This document shows positions 11,497 through 23,336 of a DNA stretch of 64,000 nucleotides, piece after piece. The position numbers and the translations under genes are program-made. Where the stretch lies: the NCBI RefSeq assembly GCF_044704955.1, contig NC_091995.1, forward strand, positions 5,208,001 to 5,272,000, in the 5' to 3' direction. The notes beneath the pieces are model-generated. The model searched no databases. It had not been told where the DNA came from and was given only the letters and a program-made list of their open reading frames with translations. Within the stretch, counting starts at the first letter, position 1, and every line of letters starts with the position of its first letter. Source of the DNA: Pristiophorus japonicus (taxonomy: Eukaryota).

Positions 11497-12062
11497 CAGG
11501 CCCATCCCATAATTTCACCCTGTCTCCTGCAAACTGATGGGCATCAGTCTGTCACAGCGGGGGGCGGGGAGAGAGAGAGCAGCGGGGAGGTGGGAGAAGA
11601 AACAAATGGATGGTGAATTGTGGAGGGGAACTCACTGGGTGGAATGAGCTGTGAACTGCAGGAACCCGGTGACCTTCCTGCCTGTAATGTTGCTCCACAG
11701 GCAGAAGGTGGCGCTACATGGCGGTGTTTGAGATCAATCAGCAACACCTCTGCTGCCAAGCCTGTTATTAAACTGCACAATAGAAGCGGCGTTTATTTGT
11801 TTTAAGCGGTTTGGGGAATAATTACGTCCCAGAATCATGGACTAAACGTTTTTTTTTATTTGCACCTTGCTCTGGATCCTTATTTGACCCATCCCTGGAA
11901 TTTAGAAGTTACAGACGTGATTTGATCGAAGTTTTCAAGAGATTAAGGGGAACTGAGAGCAAGTATTTCCGCTGCTTGGGGAGTCTAGCACTCGGGACAT
12001 GATCTAAAAATTATAGCCAGGCCTTTCAGGAGTGAAGTTAGAAAATACTTCGACACACAAAG

Positions 12063-15000
12063 TGTCATGCATTCAACCAGCATTGTAACCCATGTATAAA
12101 CTGACCAAAGTTGTACACCGTGAGAACACTGACCACTAGGTGGGAGACACTCCTAACCTGGACCTTCAGGTATAAAAGGGGAAGCTCCACCCACCTTCAT
12201 CACTTGAGTGCTAAGGAATAAAGGACAGGTCACAGACTGAGCTTCTCTCAAGCATGGACCTCGTGTGTATTTATACTGTGTAGTAAGGACGTATCAATGG
12301 CGACAAGAAACTGGGATTTAAACCGCGCGAGCATGGCCACTAGCAGAACAGACGAGAGGTACTGTGTTAAGGAATGGTTGGGACCGAGATTCAACATTGT
12401 TAAAGCAGCACACAGTTCTCCAGGCAGACAAGGACAGTCAGGCATGCCCCAACATGTAGTTGAACCCAGAGGGGGAGTTCGACAGAGACAATGGCAAGCT
12501 AAACAGCGATTTACGCCATTGCAAGTGACAATGGGGCCATCAACACCTGTTAATGGTGCAATAACAGGGGCAGTCAGGGACGATCGACTGGCAAGGGACC
12601 TTTTGTTTCAAACCGCAACTCATGCTGGAGGCGTGGAGGCACACACTCAGCCGGATTTTGCAGAGATGAGCAAAATACCTGCAGAAATTGCAGAAATGGA
12701 CACTGGAGGAAATCGCTGGAAGCTGAAGTTCAGCGAGTTCATGTGGAGCACGTATACAGTTCATACACCAGGACGCCACCGATAATGATGAAAGTGCTCC
12801 TCAATTGCATCCCAGTATCAATGGAGTTAGACATGGGTGCCAGTCAGTCCCTGATGGGTATCAGACAGTTCGAAAAGTTGTGGGCATCCAAGGCCAGGAG
12901 GCCAAAATTATCGCCGATTGACGCACAGCTACGGACTTACACAAAGCAGATCATTCCGGTGCTAGGCAGCGCCACGATAGTCGTGACCCACAAAGATTTG
13001 GAGAACAGGTTGCCACTCTGGATTGTCCCAGGGGACGGCCCCGCACTACTGGGGAGGAGTTGGCTTGCTGTCATGAACTGGAAATGGGGCGATGTCAATG
13101 CAATTTCCTCTGTGGAGTGAGTATCATGCTCACAGGTCCTGGACAAATTTGACTCATTATTTCAACCCAGCATTGGCACTTTCATGGGGGCCAAGGTAGT
13201 GATTTACATAAACCCGGACGCCAGACCAGTACACCACAAGGCCAGAGCGGTGCCGTACGTGATGCGGGAAAAGATAGAAGGCGAATTGGACCGCCTGCTG
13301 AGGGAAGGCATCATCTCGCCAGTCGAATTCAGTGATTGGGCGAGCCCGATTGTGCCGGTGCTCAAGGCGGATGGGTCGGTCAGGATATGTGGCGATTACA
13401 AGGCCACCATCAATCGGGTGTCAGTCCAAGACCAGTACCCGCTACCGAGAGTGGAGGACCTCTTTGCAACGCTAACCGGTGGCAAACTTTTTTCAAAATT
13501 GGACCTGACCTCAGCTTACATGACCCAGGAGCTGGCGAGTGAGTCGAAGAAGCTGACCACCATCATGACACACAAGGGGTTGTTTGAGTACAACAGATGT
13601 CCGTTCGGGATTCACTCGGCCGCCGCGATCTTCCAACGAAATATGGAAAGCCTCCTCAAGTTGATTCCAGAGACGGTGGTTTTTCAGGACCACATCCTCA
13701 TCACGGGTTACGATACTGAAGAACACCTCTACAACCTGGAGGAGGTGCTACGCAGACTGGACCAGGTAGGGCTGCGACTGAAAAAGGCGAAGTGTGTCTT
13801 CCTAGCTCCAGAGGTACAATTCCTGGGGATGAGGGTAGCAGCAGACGGGATCAGCCCTCCTGCGTCCAAGACGGAAGCGATCCAGAGAGCACCCAGACCC
13901 CGTAACACGACGGAGCTGCGTTCATTCCTAGGGCTCCTGAACTATTTTGGTAACTTTCTTCCCAAATTGAGCACCCTGCTAGAGCCGCTACAGGTGCTCC
14001 TACGCAGAGGTCGCGAATGGGTCTGGGGGGACAGCCAGGAAAGGGCTTTTAATAGAGCACGCAATTTGTTATGTTCCAACAATCTGTTAACGCTATATGA
14101 CCCATGTAAGAAACTTGTGTTAATGTGCGATGCGTCATCCTATGGTGTCGGGTATGTGTTGCAGCATGTCAATGCCAAGGGTCAGTTACAGCCAGTAGCT
14201 TATGCCTCCAGAAGTCTGCCCCAGGCAGAAAGGGGCTACGGGATGGTAGAAAAGGAGGTGCTCGCATGTGTACATGCGGTAAAGAAAATGCACCAGTACC
14301 TGCTGGCAGGAAATTTGAGTTGGAGACAGATCACAAACCCCGAACATCCCTTTTGGCCGACAACAAGGCCATAAATGCAAACGCATCGGCCCGCATACAG
14401 AGGTGGGCACTTACGTTAGCCGCCTATGACTACACAATTCAGCACAGACCGGGCACCGAAAACTGCGCCGATGCACTCAGCAGGCTCCCACTAGCCACCA
14501 CTGAGGGGGCTACCGAGCATGATGCTGAGATGTTCATGGCTGTTGAAGCTTTCGGAAGCGAAGGCTCACCCGTGACAGCCCGTCAGATTGAAGTCTGGAC
14601 AAATAGAGACCCGCTATTGTCTCTATTCAAGAAATGTGTCCTGAATGGGGACTGGGCAGCCACGTACAGGGCATGCCCTGAGAAATTTAAACCATTTCAC
14701 AGGCGCAAGGATGAACTCTCGATTCAGGCCGATTGCCTACTGTGGGGAAACCGCGTAGTCATGCCCCAGATGGGCAGAGAGGTGTTCATCAGAGAACTCC
14801 ACAATGAGCATCCGGGCATTGTCACGATGAAGGCAATTGCCAGGTCACACGTTTGGTGGCCAGGGAAAGACGCAGATCTGGAACTTTGTGTTTGTGGGTG
14901 CAATACATGTGCCCAGCTGGGCAATGCACCCAGGGAAGCCCCCCTTAGCCCCTGGCCATGGCCCGCCAAGCCTTGGTCACGCATCCATGTGGACTACGCA

Positions 15001-16172
15001 GGTCCTTTCATGGGGAAAATGTTTTTGGTTGTAGTAGACGCCTACTCCAAATGGATCGAGTATGACATTTTAAATTCAAGCACATCTTCTGCCATGGTAG
15101 AAAGTCTACGGGCAATGTTCGCCGCCTACGGTCTACCGGACATCTTGGTCAGCGACAATGGCCCATGCTTCACAAGCACTGAATTCCAGGACTTCATGGC
15201 AGGCAATGGAATTAACCATGTTAGAACGGCACCATTCAAGCCGGCCTCAAACAGCCAGGCAGAACGAGCAGTGCAGATAATCAAACAGGGGATGCTCAGA
15301 ATCCAAGGGGGTTCCCTACAAAGGTGCTTATCACGCCTCCTGTTGGCCTATAGATCCTGACCACACTCGCTCACAGGGGTTCCACCCGCAGAGCTACTAA
15401 TGAAAAGGACGCTCAAAACCCGGTTATCCCTTATACACCCCATCATGAAAGAAATTGTCAAGAGCAGGCGCCAGTCACAATATCACTACCATGACAGGAA
15501 TGCGAGGGCGCGATGTATTGATGTAAATGATCCTGTTTTTGTCCTCAACTACGCTGCAGGGCCCAAATGGCTCGCAGGCACTGTGATTGCCAAAGAGAGA
15601 AATAGGATTCTGGTAGTTAAGCTTACCAATGGACAAATCTGCTGCAAACATGTGGATCAAACAAAAAGGAGGTTCAGCAACCCCATAGAAGAAGCAGAGG
15701 AAGAACACGATGTAGAGTTCACTCCACCACAGATGACCGAACACAGGAACCAAAGGGACGAGAGCCGAGTCACTGTGGGCAGTCCGGACAGGCCTGGCAC
15801 CGCAAACAGCAGACACTCAGGCCAGCGCCCAACAACCGGAGCCCCAACTCAGGCGCTCTACAAGGGAGCGTAAACCACCAGAGAGACTCAACCTGTGATC
15901 CCAATAAGACTTTGCGGAGGAGGTGATATCATGTATTCAACCAGCATTGTAACCCATGTATAAACTGACCTAAGTTGTACACTGTGAGAACATTGAACAC
16001 TAGGTGGTGAACTTGTGGGAGACACTCCTAACCTAGACCTTCAGATATAAAAGGGGAAGCTCCACCCACTTCCTGCACTTGAGTGCTAAGGAATAAAGGA
16101 CAGATCACAGACTGACATTCTCTCAAGTATGGGCCTCGTGTGCATTTATACTGTATAGCAAGGGACTTATCA
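12063..16172 (+). mobile_element. Ty3/Gypsy LTR retrotransposon, defective
   Basis: LTRs 12063-12296 and 15927-16172, PBS-like TGGCGAC at 12298, PPT ~15916-15926. PR (LDMGAS), RT (FQDH, catalytic Asp lost), RNase H, IN (HHCC, HVDYAGP, SDNG..AER). gag mostly deleted. Confidence 0.95.
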
Positions 16173-16831
16173 AGGAAGAACTGAAGCTGTTTTGTGAAAC
16201 TGACAAGAAACTGATCTGTGTGATCTGTAGAGATGCGCGGGAACACAGAGAGCATCGCGTCATGCCCATTAAAGAAGCTGTTGTATTTTACATGGTAAAA
16301 GGGAACAGATTGGATCACCTGATTATTTTATCACATTTTCATGGTCTAACAATTTAATTCTATGATTTTCTCTCCCAATCCCAGGAGCGGCTGAAATCTT
16401 CCTTAGATTCTCTCACAGAGAAGAAATCGGCGGCTCTAGAAACGGAATTAAAACAGAAACAGCAGATTTCCGGAGTTAGGGGAAGGTCTCCCTGAGCTGA
16501 TTTTCTGGGATCTCGGTTAGTTTTGTTCCTTCTATCGCGGTACATTAATTATGTTTCACATTTCATTTGGTAGGAACAGTCGAGCAGTCTGCAGACCCGC
16601 ATCACATCCGAGTTCACTAAAATGCACCAGATTCTCACTGAGAAAGAGCAGCGTTTAATCCGAGATCTCAGAGAACAAGAGGGGAAGAACATAAGAATAT
16701 AAGAGCATAAGATTGTAGAAAGAATGGAGAAAAACCTTTGGGAAATTCAAGAGAATTCAAATTCTATTCAGGAGGAGCTCTCAAAGTTGCAGAAACAGAT
16801 GGAACAAAAAGACGGACTGATATTTCTGAAG
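16173..16831 (+). pseudogene. TRIM-C1: B-box remnant plus exons 2-3
   Basis: [24 protein letters not shown] begins directly after the Gypsy LTR. Exon 2 16385-16480 has donor GT>GG. Exon 3 16574-16831 has a 24-nt insertion containing a stop. Confidence 0.92.
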
Positions 16832-17035
16832 GTGAGGATTATATTGTGGGTCAGTTCAGTGAAACTTCACACAGTCACAAAATAACCGATGAGAATTAAA
16901 ATAAATGCAACATTTGTTGAAAAATTCCAAACTGATTTAAACCGATTGTTTTGTCTATTCCGGGGCGGTTCTGCTATCGATGTGGAGATAAGCGTCTCTC
17001 ACACTGTCTGCTGAATCCCAGAATGCCCAAAGCCT

Positions 17036-19675
17036 AACAACAAAAACGTACATTTATATAGCGCCTTTAACTGCGTCGAAAATCCCTAGCCACTTCACAG
17101 CAGTGTTATCAACAACATTTGACACCCAGCCATATGAGGAGATATCAGCGGAGTTGACCGAAAGATTTGTCAAAGAGATAGGTTTAAAGGAGCGTGTTCA
17201 AAGGTGGACCTAGAGAAGTAGAGAGGTGGCGAAGTTTAAGGAGGGAATTCCTGAGCTTAGGGCCTCGGCAACAGAAGGCACGGCCACCAGTGGTGGAGCG
17301 ATTGAAATCGGGGACAGACAAGGAGGAGTTGGAGATTTCGGAGAGCTGTCGGTGATTACAGAGACAGGGTGGGGTGAGGCCACGGAGAGATTGGAAATCA
17401 AGGATGAGAATTTTAAAATCGAGGCATTACAGACCAGGAGCCAATGTGGATCAGTGAGCACAGGGTAATGGGTAAACGGGACTTGATGCGAGTTAGGACA
17501 CCGGAAGTATAGCTTTGGATGAGCTCAAGTTCATCCTGACAGAAAACGTTACTATCTTGTGAAGATAAATGTGGGTACGGGCGGGCACAGAAATAAACTC
17601 GAAACATATCTTCAGTGGTTAGATGTGACTGCAAATATTGTTTAACATTAGAACATAAGAAATAGGAGCAGGAATAGGCCATTCGGCCCCTCGAGCCCGC
17701 TCCACCATTTAATACGATCATGGCTGATCCAATCATGGAGTCAGCTCCACTTCCCTGCCCGCTCTCCATAACTCCTTATTCCCTTATCGGTTAAGGAGCT
17801 GTCCATTTCTGTCTTAAATTTATTCAATGACCTGGCTTCCACAGTTCTCTGAGGCAGCGAATTTCACAGATTTACAACCCTCTGAGAGAAGAAATTCCTC
17901 CTCATCTCAGTTTTAAATGAGCGGCCCCTTATTCTAAGATTATGCCCTCTAGTTCTAGTCTCCCCCATCAGTGGAAACATCCTCTCTGCATCCACCTTGT
18001 CAGGCCCCCTCATAATCTTATACATTTCGATAAGATCACCTCTCATTCTTCTGAATACCAATGAGTAGAGGCCCAACTCCTCAACCTTTCCTCATAAGTC
18101 AACGCCCCTCGTCTCCGGAATCCTCCTAGTGAACCTTCTCTGAACTGCCTCCAAAGCAAGTATATCCTTTCTTAAAAATGGAGAGCAAAACTGCACGCAG
18201 TATTCCAGGTGTGGCCCCACCAATACTCTATAACTGTCGCAGGACTTCTGTGTTTTTAATACTCCACCCCCCTTCGCAATAAAGGCCAAGATTCCATTGG
18301 CCTTCCTCCATTAAATTTGAGGGTAGAAGATGTGAGGCAGCCCAGGAGAGCATGACAATAATCAAGTCTAGCGGTAACAAAGGTATGGATGGGGGCTTCA
18401 GCAGCAGGTGGACTCAGGCTGGTGCGGGAGGAAATTTCTGCTCGTCCAATATTGGATATCATACAAACAGTGCAACAGATCAGAGGTATTGGAGGGTTCG
18501 AGGGAGGTGGTGGTGATGTAGAGGTGGGTTTCATCAGCGTACATGTGGAAACTGACCTTGTGTTTTCAGATGATGTCACCTGGGGCAGCATTAGATAAGA
18601 AGTAGGAGGGGGCCAAGGATAGATCCTTGGGGGCACAGGAAGAGAAGCCATTGCAGGTGACACCTGGATAGAAAGGAATTGAAGCAGCCGAGGGTAGTGC
18701 CACACAACTGGCCGGAGGAGGAGAGGTGTTGGAGGGGGATGATGTGAACAGGTCGCAAAGGATGTCGAGGGATAATTTACCATGGTCGCAGTCACATAGG
18801 ATGTCATTTGTGACTTTGATAAAAGGCTGTTTCAATGCTGTGGCAGGGCATGAAAGGACTCCCGGGAATGAGTTCCGTGATCATAAGAACATAAGAATTA
18901 GGAGCAGGTGTGGGCCATTCAGCCCCTCGAGCCTGCTCTGCCATTCAATGATATCATGGCTGATGTTCTGTCTCAACTCCACTTTCCTGCACGTTCCCCA
19001 TATCCCTTGATTCCCTTAATATTAAAAAATCTATCGAACTCTGTCTTGAATATACTCAAATACTGAGCCTCCACAGCCCTCCTGGGTAGAGAATTCCAGA
19101 GATTCACCATTCTCTGCATGAAGAAATGCCTCCTCACCTTATTTCTAAATACCCCTTATTCTGAGAGTGTGACCCCTGGTTCTAGGCTCCCCAGCCAGAG
19201 GAAACAATCTCCCTGCATCTACCCTGTCAAGCCGTGTAAGAATGTTGTATGTTTCAATGAGATCACCTCTTATTCTTCTAAACTCCAGAGAATATAGGCC
19301 TAGCCTACTCAATCTCTCCTCATAGGACAATTGCACCATCCCAGGAATCAGTCTGGTGAACCTTCTCGATGGCAAGTATATTCTTCCTGAGGTAAGGAGA
19401 CCAAAACTGTACACAATACTCCAGGTGCGGTATCACCAGGGCCCTATATAATTGGGGTAAGCCGGCCTTACTGTTACACTAAAATCCTCTTGTAATAAAG
19501 GCCAACATCATATTTGCTTTCTTAATTACTTTCTGTAGCTGCATGTTAACTGGCATGCGTGTACAAGGACACCCAGGTTGTTCTGAACACCAACACGTCC
19601 CAATCTCTCACCATTTTAAAAAGTATTCTGATTTTCTATCTTTCCTACCAAAGTGGATACATTTCTCCACATTAT
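17036..19675 (-). mobile_element. Cluster of L2 and CR1 fragments
   Basis: L2-like 3' end ~17036-17530, CR1 ~17640-18310 (RRMRGDLIEMYK), L2 ~18310-18860 (HTFVTARLDYC), CR1 ~18880-19675 (LSYEERLSRLGLYSLE). Confidence 0.8.
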
Positions 19676-21150
19676 GGGCCCAAGTTTTGGGTGGAGTTGC
19701 TCCAATTTTCTTGGAGCAACTAGTTTAATTTGGAGTATCTTAGGAATCGCAATTCTCGGCACTTAGTTTGCTCCAGTTCTAGTGAGTTAGTTTAGGTTTG
19801 TTTTAGTTCAGGTATATTTTTTCAAAAGAGGGTGTGTCCAGCTACTTAGGCCTATTTTGCAAGTTTCGTCAGCGAAAACTTACTCCAAACTAACTTAGAA
19901 TGGAGTAAGTGTCCACTTTTGTAAGTTCTGAAAAACCTTTACCGAGAGCAAATAACAAATAAAAAATAGAAGTCCGACCTTTATGTGTTTCTGTCAGCCT
20001 CTCTCTGTGTCTCTGTCCGTGTCTCTCTGTGTTTCTGACAGTGAGGTGTTGGGGGGGGGAGGGAGGGAGTGCGAGGGGGGAGGTGGAGGGGGAGGAGGAG
20101 GGAGGGAGGGAGGGGGGAGGCTGAAGGCTGAATGGGAGGCTTCAATCTGAATGGCATTTCCTTTGACGAGCAACGAAACATCTATATAGTCTTGTTCAGT
20201 CACGGTATTCTGCATATTAAAGAACGACTTTTCGTACGAGCATATATGAAGAAAACCTTTGGCAGTAGGAAATAACTGAACCATCAGGTCCATTTTCACA
20301 CTGCGCCATCTGCCAGAAATTTATCTGGGTTCAAACTAGATTATTCCTGATGTGACCCAAAAGTAACTGTTTCCATGCCAGGTTTGAAGAAATATTTATC
20401 GCAAATGCAATTTATCCAACTTCCATTTCAGGAAATCGCCTGACAAACTTCCATAAACTGAAGTCGTACACAAATATCTCAATTTCCTCCAATGTAAACA
20501 GGCTGAGAAGCAAGGTTTCTGACTAATAGACACCTACAGGAGCGGAACTCACTGGGAATATAGGGGTCTCACTCTATCACCTGCACTCTGCAGTATACAC
20601 ACCCCAGGCTCGATGACCAACGGCATTGGATTCCCCCCCACAAAAAATGTGGATCCATGAATAATCTGGGTTAAGGAAGCCAGTTTCATTGAAGTAAAAA
20701 TATAGTTAACCGGTTCAGTACAGTTCCACCAATATCCAATGGGTCTCTACATTCCACTGTTAAGCCCAACACCTAGCCTTAAAAGTATAGGTCAGTACAA
20801 GGACACCATTTTGCAGCTTGTGTCTGCCTGCCTGCTCTTTTAGATATAATTCAAAGACAGACTGGGGGAAAAGTGCCCTGCTGAGCCATTGCTCATGCGC
20901 GCACGCTCCAACGCGCATGCGCAACGCTGCTGGCACTCAGAAGAACTCTGATCCCTAGCCCCTGCCAGCTGGGTTGAGCCGGCACGGCCCTAGCTCCGCA
21001 CCCCCCCCCCCACAGCTTTTGCTACGCCACGCCAAGGTTCCTGGAGTGGGGAGAATTATAAGGTTAGTTTTTAGCGCGCTTTTTAGTCTTAACAAGACGG
21101 CGCATTGCACGGAGGTGTGCCTTTTTCAACTCCACCAGTAACTTGGGCCC
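19676..21150. mobile_element. Non-autonomous TIR DNA transposon, PIF/Harbinger-like
   Basis: 24-bp TIRs GGGCCCAAGTTTTGGGTGGAGTTG / CAACTCCACCAGTAACTTGGGCCC (21/24 match) with an imperfect 3-bp AT-rich TSD. Splits a CR1. Copy at 58505-59984. Confidence 0.8.
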
Positions 21151-21369
21151 TTTATTCCATTTGCCATGATCTTGACACTTAGTTTGTAATTATTTCTGTG
21201 TTCCCCAATAGTTTAATATTCTCCTGGAACTCACATTGTAATTCAGATACAGTTCCATGTTGTGACTGTGTGGGTGTGTGTGGTACGGTGGGTGTGACAG
21301 TCACTGTCTGTGAATGGCACTGAAGTTGAGTTCCAGTATCTCACATTCATCAGCCTTTTCAAATATTGA

Positions 21370-22570
21370 AATTATAGAATCCTACAGCACAGACATTGGT
21401 CCCATCTTGCCTGTGTCTGCTCCTTTAAAGACTTATCTACTTAGTCCCGCCCCCCTGCTCTACCCCATAGACCTGTATTTTTTCCTTTACAGGTATATTT
21501 CTAGTTGCATTTTGAATGTTACTGTTGAATCAGCTTCCACCATAACAACAACAACTTCTATTTATACAGCGCCTTTAAAGAAGTAAAATATCCCACAGAA
21601 GTGTTATGAGACAAAACAGATAAATTTGACACGAGCCACGTAGGAAGAAATTGCGGCAGATGACCAAAAGCTCGGGCAAAGAGGGAGGTTTTAAGGAGCG
21701 GGTTGAAGGAGGAAAGTGAGGTGGAGAGGCGAGAGGTTTAGGGAGGGAGTTCCAGAGCTTGGGGCCCAGGCAGCTGAAGGCACAGCCACCGATTGTGGAG
21801 CGATTATAATGAGGGATGGTCAGGAGGGCAGAATTAGAGAAGTGCAGACATCTCGGGGGGTTGTGGAGCTGGAGGAGATTACAGAGATAGTTGAATCGCT
21901 GCCCCCTTTCGGTAAGTGCGTTCCATATCATCACAACCCATTGTAAAACAAATAAATCTCCCCTCCGATTGTTTCCCAATTATGTTAACCCTTTGTCTTT
22001 TGCCAGTGGAAACAGCTTTTCCTTAGTTACTCTATCAAAAGCCTTCATGATTTTGAACACCTCAATCAAATATCCCCTTAACCTTCTCTGCTCTAAGGAG
22101 AACAATCCCAGCTTATCTAGTCTCTCGACGGAACTGAAATCTTTCCTCCATAGTACCATTCTGGTGAATCTCTTTTGCACCCTCTCCAATTCTGGTCATC
22201 CTTCCAAAAGTGTAGAAATAATACTGCAGCTGAGGCCGAATCCGAGATTTATAAAGATTCAGAATAAGTGCCTTGTTTTGTTACTCTATAAATAAAGTTA
22301 CTAAGCACAGGATCCCATATGTTTTTTGACAGTTTCATTCACTTGTCCTGTCACCTTAAAAGATTTGTGTATGTGATTCCCTAGGTGTCTTTGTTGTAAC
22401 ACATCCTATAAAATGGTACCATTCTGTTTATGTTGCCTCTCATCATTCTTCCTTCCAAAATGCAGCAGTTATCTGCGTTAAATCTCATCTGCCCATTCCA
22501 CCAGTCTGTCTCTGTCCTCCCAATGGCTGCGACAACCTTTCTTCACAGTTTATACATTTCCAAATCTTCG
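21370..22570 (-). mobile_element. CR1 fragment with a nested L2 3' end (~21540-21890)
   Basis: ERVQKRFTRM..LGLFSLEQRRLRG; L2 motif AFSCLGPKLWNSLP. Confidence 0.75.
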
Positions 22571-23318
22571 GTCAGCTGCAAAAAGTGTAGCGTAACAAAA
22601 TTTGCAGATGATAAAATATTAGTGGGAAAGCGGGTTGTGTAGAGGACACAGAGAGGTTACAAAGAGATTTCGATAGGTTAAGCGAATGGGCTAAGGTTTA
22701 GCAGATGGAATACAATGTCAGAAAGTGTGAGGTCATCCACCTTGGGGAAAAAACACAGTAAAAGGTGTGGATATCTGAACGGAATATATGGAATTAAGGA
22801 CAGTAAAGTAAACGGGATATATGAAAATGTATAAGCCATGGAAGAATAGCTGGGAGAATGTCAGATTGCAAATAGTGCAACATCAGCATAGCTAACAGTC
22901 TTTCTCAAGGTTTCAAGTCACTAAATCCTGCCAATAACATCTAATTGTAACATGAAAGAAATCTGCAGAATTGCAAGGTCTCAGTTAATAGTCACACCAC
23001 TAGATTGAAACATTTAGAGGCAATGCTTGAGCTTTCATAAAAAACATCTCATATAGATTGACTAATGAGTGGCTGAGTTAGACTGTCAATCCATTTGTAT
23101 TTTGTTATCTGATTTCAAAACTGTATAACTGTTGACGCTTTACGATGTAACTTCACCTATCCGTAGGGAGTGTGTACGCTCTATCCAGAGAGTATATCTT
23201 CTGTCTGATAGGTCTTACTGGCCGGTAATAAAGACTGCTTTGTTCAAAGCACAAGAGGTATTCGACTCAGTAATTTTACTGAACCAGATTGAGGTAAAAG
23301 AATCCAGGAATTAACATT

Positions 23319-23336
23319 TGGTGTCAGAAGTGGGAT
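23319..23336 (+). promoter_or_regulatory. ERV primer-binding site, tRNA-Leu(CAA) type
   Basis: TGGTGTCAGAAGTGGGAT, complementary to the vertebrate tRNA-Leu(CAA) 3' end ..ATCCCACTTCTGACACCA (from memory). Confidence 0.85.

Larger units (their letters stand above)
2583..12062. repeat. Large inverted repeat: arms 2583-6019 and 9099-12062, spacer ~3.1 kb
   Basis: Reverse-complement ORF pairs (2843/11620, 3689/11020, 4766/10150, 5232/9394). The right arm ends at the Gypsy LTR. Confidence 0.95.
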
